Assembly (NCBI GenBank): GCA_964035545.1
Contig: OZ037766.1
Location: forward strand, 4,764,722-4,828,721
Length of the DNA: 64,000 nucleotides
DNA from: Bugula neritina
Lineage: Eukaryota > Animalia > Bryozoa
Direction of reading: 5' to 3'
In this document: positions 49,043 to 62,080 of the stretch, in pieces
How positions within the stretch are numbered: position 1 is the stretch's first letter
Layout: each line of letters begins with the position of its first letter
The notes under the pieces: generated by a model
What the model saw: the letters and a program-made list of their open reading frames with translations, nothing else
Database searches by the model: none
Told to the model about the DNA's origin: nothing
Translations under genes and position numbers: made by a program

Positions 49043-50882
49043 ATGGCTGACGCTGACTACTTATATAAGTTGAAGAAGAATAGAGTTGCTCTTGTGAGGG
49101 ATTTGATTCCTGATCCAATTGCAGACCATCTACTAGCTGAAGATGTTATTTCACAGGTTAACCAAAGTCTAGTGTTACAACTTACATGCAAGCAGTCATA
49201 GTGCTGCTGGAAATCTTATGCCTACCTCAGAGTTTCCCTCCCTGAAAGTTTCAACTATTGATTCACAACATACTTGGTTGACTATTTTATATTTTACTTA
49301 GTATTATGAACCAATGCTGAATCCCCTGTTGTTTGGCCAATGGAGTCTGTTAATTTAGTTGCTGCTGCACAGAATAGCAAGTATAGCATAGCAATTTTTT
49401 CTTTTTTTAATTCTGAGTTATTTATTGTAGATTTATTTAACATAACTCACTAAAAATATGCCACTGTCATGTCAAATATAATTACATATCAATATGTTAT
49501 ATTACTATAAAACATGAATTGGCAGTTATGCAAATCACAATGTTTCATTGCCTTTTCTAAATACATTCTGATTTTATAATTGCATGAACTAAACTTTAAG
49601 GGCTGATAATTCTGCTTCTATATTTTCTTTTTTATTTACAAGATGCTACAATAACAATTATTTAATGCAACATAATGTTAAAATATTAATTCATATATTT
49701 TTTAAACTAACTAGTTGTTTGTTTACTTCACAGGAAGAATATGAAATGGTTCTTTATTGCAACCAGACAACTGCGGGCCGTAACAGAAGGCTGCTCGACA
49801 TTGTGGCTACAAAGGGGCCTCATGGCTATATGGAGATGAGGCATGCCATGGTTACTGATTTTCATTGGTTGGCTGAGCTACTGGACAACACAGCAGCTCC
49901 CCCTATTCTGAATGCTGTCCAACAGACAAGTATATAGCTAATTATGTGATATGATGCAGGATATATTATTACAACCCCTGTAGGGAGTACTTGGTATTGT
50001 TACATCTACATACCAATTATTTTTAATGTTTTCAACATTTTATTTTCTTCAGGAATTTTATTGAAATAGCAAGGTTTAGTAGAAAATTCATTGTTTATTC
50101 AGTAGGTATTATAACTTGCTTTGTGTTTAATGTTATAATATATTATATATTTTGTGATATATATTATATGTTATATGATATATTTTTTATGATACATCTT
50201 GTATGTTATGTGTTATATATCATATGCTACTATATGTTATAGGTAATGTAACTGATAAAGATTTAGAAACTGTGGTGCAAAGTCTACTTTCTTCTGGAAG
50301 CATAACATCATGGAAGTTTCTTGCGAGAAAATTAGGAATTTCTGAAGGTTTGTTTTATTTTGAAAGTTATTCAAATGATCCTAGTCGCAATATTATTTTA
50401 ATTTTAAAATATTTCAGTTGCAGTTTTTTCTATAACTTTGTCATTTGTGTTCTTTGTTGTAGATATAAAATTAGCCAGAGTAGATGATTTTTATGCTTTG
50501 TTTCCTTTAGATAAAATCAATGAAATTGAGTATCATGCCCCTAGACATATTAAAGATCAGATCTACAATATGTTGATATTGTGGAGGAGTGAAAATGGGT
50601 CTAAAGCTGATTACAGTGTGCTTTGTGATGCTCTTGCTGAGGAAGGCCGTTTGGCTACTTCAGGTTGGTAGTCTGCGTCTACTAACGCTTGTAGTTGTAT
50701 GACCCGTGTTTCTCTATTTCTTCTTTTATAGTGCTATATAATATTCTATATGACTCAATAGAGTGATTATTGATCTACCAAAGTTGCTTATAAATTGTCA
50801 AATGTTTCTATGAATGATTTCAGAGAGGATTCGAGACAACCATTCCAATTCAGAGCTAAAGACTGAGAAGCATGTGCTGTAG
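49043..50882 (+). CDS. CARD + death domain adaptor (CRADD/RAIDD-like architecture), 5 exons, about 208 aa
   Basis: CARD: LKKNRVALVRDL..DHLLAEDVISQEEYEMV..RRLLDIVATKGPHGY..WLAELL. Death domain: WKFLARKLGISEDKINEIEY..DQIYNMLILWRSENGSKADYSVLCDALAEEGR. Splice phases are consistent through to TAG 50882. Confidence 0.82.
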
Positions 50883-51591
50883 CATATCTTAAACACCAGT
50901 TAGCTTTTATTTACCTACAAAACTATCACTTTTTGATGTCAATTTTTATCAATTCTCTGTAGTCTTCCTTTTTGATGTATTTATTTTATTTTTACAGCTC
51001 GAAATTATGAATATGTCCGTTTTTTATTTCAAGGTTAGATCTTGCTCATGTTCTATCCGGTTTGTTATTTATAGTAAATATATTTTGGTTAGAACTTTTA
51101 TAACAAAATGCAACAATTCTGTAATTTTTTGTAATAACAAGCACGATAAAGAAAAACCAGTATAAAATTGATGGTAGTTTAATAACAAAAATATGGCAAT
51201 AACATATATCAATCATACAAGGAAAGTAATTGTTCAAGGAGTTGTTTGCTCTCTCTAATTTATGTATTGGAACATGTGTAACTTTTAGTGATAGATTTCA
51301 CTTGCTGGAGATTAAATAGAAACATTATTGCATAGATTAGAGGAAGCATTTTAGCGACTACATTATCAAACTTTTTGTCTGGAATCCGTTGAATTCTCCC
51401 AAGAGTGAGTATATATTCATATATGGAAAAGGTATACCTCTAATGGAGGCGCTATAGATACAGGAAATTATGATTATACTATTAAAAGCCTAGCTCAGTC
51501 ATACAAGTTTAGAAAGAATTTGTCTGCAGCAATAACCATAGGCACAAAAATGTTCAACACTTGAATAGCTGTTAACTCTCTGTTACAAGTA

Positions 51592-53245
51592 TTAGCTTGA
51601 GGGTTTGGTTATCCATGGCTTAGATACTGGTCTATAAACTGAACTGGAGGCTCCATAACCTTTAGGGGCCATCAGTTCTAGTGCCGATGTTCTTTTCTTC
51701 GTATCAATCACTCTAAAACACCAAAAACCTGATTACATATTTAGCTAAAAGTGTTTGCAAATGTTAGTGTAGAGGCTGTAAGATAATGTGCAAAGGATTT
51801 GAATAGTGTAGTGCGGAGACAAGCTGCCATGACAGGAAGTGCAAGAAGTTTGTAGAATAGCTCTGTAGCTGTACATCACCATTTTCTTAGTAAGATGTGA
51901 TGGAAATGATAAGATAGTTGCATATTAAAACCAGATAAAGGATGTAGACAAGGTTCTGACAACTCCAAAAACATTAATTTTGTTTCAGTATCCCTAGTTT
52001 TTACCCCTTTGCTAAAACATTATTAATTCAGTAAATTATTTGAAAGGGTCGACAGTTTTTTATTTAAAATATCGATCAACACTAGAAAAAAGCTCCCACT
52101 AAGTATACAATGTCGCCATTGTTTGGACTTAACTGGAGTTGTCTGAACCGTTCTATATAATAAATACATTACCATTCTATTCAAATTTTCTGAAGTTTTA
52201 TAACGTTGAAATCTTACTTTCTTTCTATAATGTATACATGACTATTTTTAACAAATAAACAAGAAGCTTCTAGTGAGCCTAGGACTTCATACATATTTTT
52301 ATCAAATAGTTAATGAGTAGATTTAGACTTGTTGTTGTGCAAGACAGTAACATGGTTAGTGAGTATTTCACTTGGTAATTTTGCAGTTAATACTACTATA
52401 TAATTAGATAGGGCGGTTAATGTAAGTAGGGCTAATTTGATATAACAGATACCACTAAATTCAACAACAAGTTATAATAATAGTTTTCAAAAATACATGT
52501 AGACTTGTACCTACTGTGATTCTTTATTCTATGCCACATGCAATACTTATCTGCACATACACAACTATATGAATATTTTAAAAGTATGTAGATATACAAT
52601 AATAATAAAGATATTAGATCAAACTTGCCTTGAATTGTCTTTATTTTCTACTAGATTTCCATTTATCTCGGTCTTAGAAACCATTTGTTGGTCGTTGCTA
52701 GCCATGTCTGGTTGGTCGGCTTTGTTAGAATGTGTTGGGTTTGGGACTTCACTACCCTGGGGTCCGTCTGTTACTGAGATACAGCTTGCGTCAAGTACAG
52801 CAGACTCAGTTGCTATCACATCCTCAACAGATGAGTCATTGACAGCAGACAGCCCGACTTCATTGTCTTGTGCCAGCTGGGGTGAGTCATTCGCTGCAGA
52901 GGGTTGATTTTCACACGCTTTGATCTGCTGCATTATACAGACTTCTGCTAATTGCTCACTTTCGCTATCATTGCTGCCTGTGTCTAAAGATGCTGCCGCC
53001 TTGTCCCGTTCATTAGTTAATGTCGTTAGAGTTATGCTCTCTTGCTGCTCATGAACTTCATCAACTGGTTTAGCTAAACTATTTTCTAGCTTTACTTCAG
53101 CAGTGTTTTCCGCTTTGTCAGAAATACCGACATCTAAAGAGCTGTTATCGTCTGTTTTATTGTTTGCATCAGTTAATTCTGGTGAAGCCTCTTCTGTTTT
53201 AGCATCATCCTTTTTATCAGCCTCATTTATACTTGTGGTGCGCAT
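51592..53245 (-). CDS. Second-frame continuation of the same locus: acidic disordered exon, GC-AG intron and terminal exon
   Basis: 208-aa ORF of similar composition. The donor AAG|GCAAGT at 52629/52628 joins in phase to TTTTAG|A at 51712, giving RVIDTKKRTSALELMAPKGYGASSSVYRPVSKPWITKPSS*. Confidence 0.65.
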
Positions 53246-55430
53246 CCGACTTTGGTATATATTCTTTGCGTTGTATTGTTTTCTTAGCCGATTCTGAAAA
53301 TGACCAGTTAGTAGCTGAATAAATCACTCCAGTAGGTTCTGGCTCAGACTCCGGCTCTTCTTGTTTGGAAGATTTGGGGGAAGAAGACCTGCCTATTGAT
53401 GACATGAAGCTTCTCATCGTTTTAGTAATTTTAAAGAAACTGGATTTACTTTTTTGCTTTTTAGACTCATCTTCAATAGGTTCTACGCTAGATGGCATTT
53501 CGACTTTTTGAAATGGATAAATTGGAGAGACTGGAAATATGGGTTCAACACCAAAATCATTAGAAGTGGCATTTATTGCTTCACCAGGTGGACTAATGCT
53601 CAAATCAGATGGCTCATCGGTGCCAGAATCCTTGCTACTGGCTGGGCTTGCTGATTCTTTTGATTCTACTTGAGACTCTAAAGATGTCTTAATTTCAAGT
53701 TTACTTTCAGTCTGCAGTCCTGTTGGCTCAAGTTCAACATTTACTGCATTCACAGAAGCAGCACTAATAACTTCGTTTGAAGTAGTTGGCTCATCAACTT
53801 CTGGTTTCGAATTCAACGTATCCAGAGTTTTGTCCACAGACTGAGCATCTTCATTTTCTTTTTGAAAACTGTCTCCCATTTTTATACTAATTGCAGGTTC
53901 TGCTGCTGTTGGATTTATTTCATTTTCTTTATTATTTTCATGTTCTTCGTGGTGCCATTCAGCGGTAGCTATTGTAGTTGCTGCAACTTCCTCAACACTA
54001 TTTTGGTCGGGAACTTCCTCCTTTAGAGCCTTGCTTATTTCAAAAATTTCAGGGCTACTATTTTCTTTAATTTCTGTATTCAAAGGAGGATTTGTTTTAG
54101 ATGTCAAACCCTCATGAGGTTTAGGTGATTCTGTATTAGAGCCATTGTCATTTTCTGAGGTTTCCTCTTCAGGTTTTTGTTCAATTGCAGAAGTTTGCTC
54201 TGTAGAATTTGAGCTATTTTCTCTTATGATACGTTGCAAAATGTTGCTAAGTTGTTCTTTTTCTGCTTTTTCTTTTTGTATCTTAAGAGTCTGTCCATTA
54301 CACTGAATTGCCATATCAACAGGTGTGTTATATTGAATTGCTACATTTTTGTGAGTGGCAGATTTACCTTCACTAATTTGCTGATTGGTTGAGCTATCTT
54401 CCAATGGAACCCTTTCTTTAAAAGGAGTTACTTCCCTTTCTGTCAATGTAGCTGATGCTTTAGTTTCATTAGAATCCTCTGTAGCTTTCTCCACAAGATC
54501 TGCTTGATTTCCTTTAGACTGCGGTGTAGAGCATACTACTACCTTAGGTTCTTGAAGAATGCTCATTTCAGGTAATGCGTTTAGAGTACTTTTTTCTGCA
54601 TCAGTGTCCTCTTTATCCACATTCTTTGGAAGTTCTGCACAGCTGGCCTGCTGCACAGAAAGAGTTGGTGCTGCAACTGGCAGCTGGATTGGTTCATCAG
54701 AAGTCTGCTCTTTTTCAGAAACTGGCGGTGTATTAACCTTAGATGGCGGAAGTGGAGCTGGAGTCGACTTCCTGTTTGAAATTTTTGTATTTTTAGTAAG
54801 CTTTTTGTTACCGGTTGATGTTGAAATCAAATTCTTGTCATCATTTCTCTCTGAAGGAGGCATACTTGGTGCTTTCCGGGTCTTTCGACTCTTTTTAGGG
54901 GGAGGAATATTGGCTGAGAGCGTCTCAGTTAACTCTCCTTTGCCTCTCTGCTTTTTTAAAGTAGCTAATTTCTTATCTAATGCTTCAGTTGATGTATCGT
55001 CCACCTCCACTGTGGATGCTTTGGAACCACTTTTGTCGTGCGCTTTGAAGAGCCTCTTAACATCACTTTGCAAGTAGGCATGATTGTATTGTTTTGGGCC
55101 AGACTGTATTAACAAGGACTGCCGTTGAGTAGTCTGAACTTCGCTAGGGATTCTAGTTAATCCTTGTCTTCCAGTAGACTCTCGTTTTGTTCCTGGTAAT
55201 GTTGCAGTTTTATCTGGAGATGTAAGACTCAGAGCCCTTTTTGGAGCTAAACTCTCATTTTTGTAGCTGGTAGGTCGGTGAGGCAGTTGGCTGGTTGAAG
55301 ATATAACAGAAGATGCCTTTAGGCTATGCTTAGAACTGCCGGTATAACTGGTGTTGCCTATTTTATAGGGAAGATCTGTAAGTGAGGTGCTTCTACTCTT
55401 TGAGAAACTATGTGAAGAGCTGTTTCCCAT
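53223..55430 (-). CDS. Large intrinsically disordered S/T/E/K/P-rich protein with an N-myristoylation motif (frame 1 of a two-frame locus)
   Basis: 735-aa ORF beginning MGNSSS, preceded by splice acceptors near 55437-55448. A probable untranslated exon donor (AAG|GTAAGC) lies at 57831. Confidence 0.75.
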   Translation of the reverse strand: MGNSSSHSFSKSRSTSLTDLPYKIGNTSYTGSSKHSLKASSVISSTSQLPHRPTSYKNESLAPKRALSLTSPDKTATLPGTKRESTGRQGLTRIPSEVQTTQRQSLLIQSGPKQYNHAYLQSDVKRLFKAHDKSGSKASTVEVDDTSTEALDKKLATLKKQRGKGELTETLSANIPPPKKSRKTRKAPSMPPSERNDDKNLISTSTGNKKLTKNTKISNRKSTPAPLPPSKVNTPPVSEKEQTSDEPIQLPVAAPTLSVQQASCAELPKNVDKEDTDAEKSTLNALPEMSILQEPKVVVCSTPQSKGNQADLVEKATEDSNETKASATLTEREVTPFKERVPLEDSSTNQQISEGKSATHKNVAIQYNTPVDMAIQCNGQTLKIQKEKAEKEQLSNILQRIIRENSSNSTEQTSAIEQKPEEETSENDNGSNTESPKPHEGLTSKTNPPLNTEIKENSSPEIFEISKALKEEVPDQNSVEEVAATTIATAEWHHEEHENNKENEINPTAAEPAISIKMGDSFQKENEDAQSVDKTLDTLNSKPEVDEPTTSNEVISAASVNAVNVELEPTGLQTESKLEIKTSLESQVESKESASPASSKDSGTDEPSDLSISPPGEAINATSNDFGVEPIFPVSPIYPFQKVEMPSSVEPIEDESKKQKSKSSFFKITKTMRSFMSSIGRSSSPKSSKQEEPESEPEPTGVIYSATNWSFSESAKKTIQRKEYIPKSDAHHKYK

Positions 55431-58400
55431 TTCGTCCTATGCACACCTACAACAATGTGTTAAATACATATAATTATTTTCATGTGAATAGGGATCCCTG
55501 GGCAGTAATTCTGATGGTGTAGAATGTTGTCTCAAGTTCTGAGGCAGATTATAAAGTCAGAGAAATTGTTAAATGTCACAGCACTGGTGTTAGTCTCTTT
55601 TAAAAAAGTTTTATTCTCTAAAGAGTAAACCTAGCTAGGCTCCACTCCAGAATTCCTATGGAGCATTAAAAAGAGAACTTGCACTACTATAATTTCTCAG
55701 GATACTATAGAGTTAAATATTAAATTGGCATTTTGCCATATAGCCACTGATATAGCCACTGTTTATCTAACACTTATGTCAAGTACATCATAGCTTTAAG
55801 CTGAAACTGTTATTTGCCATGTCTAAAAAGTTTAGTGCACAATAGACCTGAAGCTCCAGCAAACCTCTGCAAACCACTTTAATATTAAATTTGTGAAAAT
55901 AGTTTTGGGCATATCAATTTTTCATTACAAATAAAAATATATCTATTTGGACTAAACATAATGCCTGTTTCATAACTGGTTAAAAACTGTGTGCATTTCT
56001 GACACATTAGCCAGCCATTGTACTGCTTATGACTTTATAATATTTTTCTAATGAGTTTCACAGCTTATAAGAACTATATAGGCATTCCCAGCAGCTAAAG
56101 GAATAAAGACTTTAATTTTCAAAAGAGAAGCTCTAGAGCTGGCTCCATACCAGCATTGCTGATACAAGTGTGTGATTGTGAGTACAAGCTCTAAGTTTAA
56201 TGGCCAGTTAATAGCCTTCATGTCAATTAACTTTACTTTTCAAAATAAAACAGACCAGTCTGGCAGACTCTTTAAATGAACTAATAACAATGAATAGGCA
56301 GAAAGGTGACAAAATATCCATTACCTGAAAGATGGGGAGAAGACTATAGACTTTATCCATACATTTGAAAAGCTGAAAAGTTTTGCTTATATTCCCTGAA
56401 AATAACATAACACTCTTTCAGTACATAACAACTCCTATATGTTTACTATATAAGTTCCACGTTTCATAACAATATAGCATTAGGGAGCAAGTTTCTGTTC
56501 AACGTTTTGTACATGAAAGAAAAATAACTAAGTTCTGATTTTACTTATCTTGTCAAATTATTTATTAATTAACCACATATTGTGATTCTTATTCAAGTTT
56601 AATCAGTTTTTGATCTCACATACTCTTTATATTATTATGAAACTCAAGTTAAATAGATGACTTCCAGTAAGTAAAAGTAACGGCTCGGCCAAAAAGTTGA
56701 ATTAGCCAATTTACCAAATACTGCATTTCTAAGACATGTACATAGATTATTAAGTGATTGTTCATGTAATGATTTTAAAGAGTTTTAGTGAAGCTATAAA
56801 GGTGTAGTTGGCTTCACTAAAACTTGGCACTTTTTTCTAGACAAAGTATAAATGTACATTGCAGATGGTAGGCTTTTTGAAGCTGCTAATACATTGAAAT
56901 ATATGTTGAAAGGTCTACATTTTACAAGAACATGAGAGCAGGCAAGAGAACAATATGTGACATTCATTTGCAAGCATGTAACTAGTAAACAATGTGCTTA
57001 ATAGAGTCACTTTTTATGCTTCATTTAAGTCAATGAATGCCAATTCAGCAAATTATCCTATATACTTCTATACCAACTCTTTTAGTTTAGAGTGACAATG
57101 AGAAACAAAAATTTCAAGCGTTTGTTAGTGACTCACAAATCCTTGGGAAAAAATAGTTTTTCAGTCATACATTAGTTTTCAGTAAAGTTCAAATCAAAAG
57201 CAAATGACTGTACAAACAGTAAAGTGAAATTTGCAAAAAACAGAATTACAAAAGTTATAGGCATTATTTATGACTATTTTTATTTCAACCTTATCAAATT
57301 TAAAGTAAATTAGAAATACTGAAGTACTTAAATTTGTACTTGTGTCAAGTTGGCATAGCTATGGTAATCAATTGCTGTGTTTCATAGTTAAATATCATAA
57401 GAACTCATATGTTGGAAAAGTTGGTTATGGACTACTGCAAACTATGCTAGAGAGATCGTTCAAGGGTTTAAAGTGTGATGCAGTCAGCAATTCTGACCAG
57501 TTCCAGACATCACTAATACCTCTGATACTGTTTGCTCTACCAGGCTAGCACAGTTGGCATTATCTTAAACTGACATCTCTACCCCTAGACCACCAACCCT
57601 CCTTTTCAATGGTAGCTTACCAAAACTCTCTTTCAATAAATATTGCTAGGGCCATAATTTCAGCAATGCTACTTATTAAATTTTCTCTGCATTTTTTAAA
57701 TTAGCAGCCCATAAAAGAGAATTTGTAATAAAAAATTTATGCGGACACACCAATATGTGCTGCATATCAAACAAAGAATTTCGTCTTTCCAAAATTATTC
57801 AGTAATGCCTTATAATACAGATATGCTTACCTTAGCTTTCCCAGAATTTGTCTAATGCTAGCATAGTGAAAGTATCCATATAAATGCTGCTACCTCTGCC
57901 TAAAATCCTTTGCTGAACTGGTAGCTTTGCCCTTGCTCTTGGCTGCTGAATTGCTTGAATGATCAATCATAAAGCCTTACAATCTTTTGTAGTCAAAGTA
58001 AATAACTTATACAATGTAAATAGAACTAACTTGTTTTATGTAAATGAAGAAGTATCAGTAATGAGCTCTAAGGAATTGCCACTCTATATGTTATACATTT
58101 GATTCACTTGAACAGAGTCTGTATAGGTGAGTCACAGAAGCACAGAAAATCTTGTCTCGGATATCAGATAACATGTGTGTGGTAATTAATACACTGCATT
58201 TTGTTCTATTGTGCTAAAGATGAAGACATGCTGATATTAGAGATGGATATTCATGTTTATAGATGCATATACTTGGATGTTAGCATGTGTCTGCAGTCTA
58301 TCAAATATTCCTTGTGAGCATAGTGATGGAAGATAATAAATGAAGAAATATACATATATTCATAATATCCATTAAGCAACACTTCATTATCACATTCAAA

Positions 58401-60882
58401 GTGATTCGTAATTATATTGACTTTATGCATAATGTATATTTACTTATTATTTGCTTATATAAATAATATTTATATATATTTTTGCTACTATAGCATGAGA
58501 AAGCAATAGTTTTTGGCTCGGGTAAAATACATTCTCAGATAAATTCATCCTTTTTCTAAAGTGTATATACAAGACACACATGGAGTATATAAAAAAGGTC
58601 AACGTATGATACCACTTAATTGGAAAGAGAACCGAAGTGACTGAAACCCTGCATGTTTGGCAGAATACAGAAAAACCAAATAGCATGCTGTCAAAAAGCA
58701 TATTATAAGTTATAACTATGAATTTCTGTATAATTAGAGCCTAGCAGAGCATCTAAACTTTAAATTGACTTGTAGCAGATAGTTTTAGGAGTTGTCTGCT
58801 TTATACCTTCAATGGTGGTAACCACTGAACTGAAACTATAGTTATAGTTCAATGGTGGTAACTTTTGTATCCCACTGTCATGAAGCAGCAAATGAAAGAA
58901 AATATTTTATTATGCAGGGATTTGCGCAAACCATAGTGATCAAACTACTGATTTTGGCATTCATTTGTCAATAACTAAATATTACCATTCGTGCTGTAAT
59001 GGAACTCTATTTTAATATATGTGTTTTTAAACTGATGAATAAAAAAGAATTAATGAAATGTTTATACCTACTGTCAGTATAATTGCATAAAATGGTGAAG
59101 ATATATTATGTAATTTCATAAAGTCAAAGAATGCATTTTATGGTAAAGCAATGTCAAAATTTGCTGAAAGTCTGCAGCTAGTTAATTGTTAAATTATTAT
59201 TGTTATCACAACAAAAAGTTGAAAGCATTATTTTATATGCAATGTGAGGTTTTCTTTTATATGGCTAGTGGAAGCAATTCATTATAGATATATATTGGGA
59301 CTCTTAGGATTCTTGTTACTTTTAGTTAGAAAGTTGCAATAATTGTGACTGGAGTTAAGTCCTCCTACAAACCTCGGTGCAGTGAAATTTGTACCAAGTC
59401 GCTGTTAATTGGTTATTGCAATTTGCTGTGTAGTTTCACTTTGACAAGCAGCCCAGAGATCTCAAGGCATCCCAGTCCCAATGACATTTGCGACAACGCA
59501 ACAACAAAATATGAACAGTTAAATTATTATAAGCTCTTATAATAAGCATAATGATTATTATTATCTTGTTTATTTTGAAATTGAATTTGACATTAATTAT
59601 GATTATCATAATAAAATATGATGCCATTAGTATTTATATTATTAGAACTTAAACTTAACTTTATTTCATTTTCAATTTCAATTTGTAATCACTTAGAGTT
59701 AGTAAAACTATAAATATGTAGTTTAAACTTTAAACTAACTTAAAGTTATTGTACTAATCGTAACACTCCAATAGTAATAGTAATGATAACCACCATGGGC
59801 AATGGTATTGGTTTGTTATTATTTTTTAGTTGTTATAATAGCTTATTTATGATTCAAAATGAAAATGCAAATATTGTAAATCAAATTATAAGATAACAAT
59901 AACATTAAGTTTAGTTTGAATTTAGTAATGGTCAAAATGAATAATCGAAACTCAAATCTAAAAGGCTAAACGTAAAAGTAGAAGTTTTAGTAAAAGGGAA
60001 AATAATTTGAATTACAATATGAATATAAGTATATTTTCATTTTTTGCTGACAAACTCAAAGACAAAGTGGAAATATAACTAACTCAGTATCAGTATGAGT
60101 ATCAATTATGAGTATGTTTTTGTAACTTTTTTTCAAGATTTTAAGTGTTTTAAGTGTAGCTCTAAGTTTGTCAATTGCATTAGAGTTTAGTGACAATAAA
60201 GTCAATAAGTACATGTTGCTTTAATTCTAACTTAGCTTAAAGCTGTATTTTTTTATTAGATCTTGGGGGTCTGAAACTGTGACAACAGGCAGGTGTTCTA
60301 CTAAAGCATGTCAGCTTACTTGGATATTTATTGTTATACTGGTTGGTTTTAGGCTGATTGGAAAAGAGAATTCTATTAGCTTTTCAACAACATTTATGAT
60401 GAATTTCTGGCGGCCTTTGCTAATGCCTTTGTACAGCTGGTATGCCCAGCCTATATCAGACCCATACATAAGTATGGGTAGCAACCATTTTATTTTCAAC
60501 GTTAAAGAGCAGGGTATAAAAAAATGTCTCTTAGCAATTAAATGTTGAACACTAAATGTTTTAAATGCAACGTTGATGTCTATTACCACAACTAACATTA
60601 GCGCATAACCTCCTAGATTCTAGAACTTATCCATCAAAAGGCCTGACATTCTATCCACCAGTCATCACCTAAAATATGTAACAAATAGTTTGCACAATGT
60701 CTATGTTGTGTATATATGGTTTAACCAACCCTCAGTACTAAACCAGCGTGTCTATGTTATATGTACAGAAAGGGGTAGTACTTCCACCACATGCTCAAAT
60801 CGTGTACTGCAGATGATATACAGCAACTATTACTACACTCAAGGTGTAACTTTTCATTCCATAACTTTTAGAAACTTGCGAA

Positions 60883-62080
60883 ATGGAACAGGAACCAGGT
60901 GAAACAGATCAAGAATCGGTAGTATTACAATTTTCTGCCCAATCAGATTCATCGAATAAACCAGTCGAGCAACTGGAAGGATCAATTCAAGCAGCTGATC
61001 AGTTGCTGATAGATTCTGATTCTCACTCAAATGATCTGAAACCTGATACACCTACAGAAGAATCGACTCCATTTATTGCTAAAGGTAGCACACTGTGAAT
61101 GAGCATTAATATACATTAATTTCCATGGCTTCGAATTATGGGAATGGATACTCTTACAGAGAAATTTGTGGTTGCAGTTTGCACGAACTTATGGTTGTGG
61201 TTTCATCCGATGCAACTCTTTTTTCAAACATCCAATGAAAACTCCATTCACATAATTCAAAGCTTGGAAACGCAGTAATTACAGCATTGCCACAGTTATC
61301 AGCTAATTATCATTTATTTTTTCAACATTTCAGTAGTAAAATATGTTTAGATCATATCAATGCTATCTTAAAAAATATATTTTCAGCTGAAAACAATGGT
61401 ACAAATGGGCAAACATCTACTCTACAAAATGCTGCCAATATCACTAGTTCTTTGGCTAGTTTTAGGGAAGATGTATATCAGGCTACCACCACTCCTATAC
61501 CTAAAGGTGAAAGGTCATCAGGTTGCTGCTCCTGTGCATCCACAGGCATATGCACGGTATTGTACTACTATGCAGTACTCTTTAAAATTGTATCATAAGC
61601 AAATACACTTCACTGCATTTGCATACTACATGCCACACATACATTACACATTATAGTCAAGTATTAAAATGAAAAGAGATATGACTTTTAACCTTTATAT
61701 TATATTCACTCAATATTGTCATGTATTTCCTTTTATACTTGATTACTGAATTGTGTAACTTGAATTTTAGCATTATGGAATATAAATGCAAGTGGTTAGT
61801 TGGTTTACCCTGCAAACTAACAATTATAGAAGTTTGAATAATATCAGTGTTTTCCAGTCTTGTTCCGTGATGTAGTCATGTGACTCCATGAAAGACTCCA
61901 CTCCATGTTACAGTTTATGAAGTTGAAGTGTTACATGTGCTGTAAGCCTGTAATGGTGGAAAGTCATCCCAAACCTGGCAGTAATGCAAAACTCTCTGAG
62001 AGACTGAAATACTCATTACTCTGTCCTCCACATGGCTGGCTAGCTCGTATACTGGTGATTGTATTATCCATATTATTTGG
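60883..62080 (+). CDS. SLC9B2: Na+/H+ antiporter SLC9B/NHA family, N-terminal exons (gene presumably continues beyond the window)
   Basis: Exons MEQEPGET.. / ENNGTNG..CCSC / ..HPKPGSNAKLSERLKYSLLCPPHGWLARILVIVL. The CPPHG motif before TM1 is characteristic of SLC9B proteins. Paralogue assignment is uncertain. Confidence 0.72.

Noticed and set aside
52569-55077. Plus-strand hydrophobic or Ser-rich ORFs (52569-52907, 54559-55077)
   Set aside because: Antisense shadows of the long minus-strand exon.
56000-59700. Short 60-85-aa ORFs here and in other introns and intergenic regions
   Set aside because: AT-rich random ORFs, many with non-ATG starts, lacking splice context or homology cues.
60311-60598. 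Minus-strand ORF containing LPILMYGSD..W, resembling a LINE RT C-terminal motif
   Set aside because: Only a single short motif; may be a decayed LINE fragment but cannot be supported without a search.
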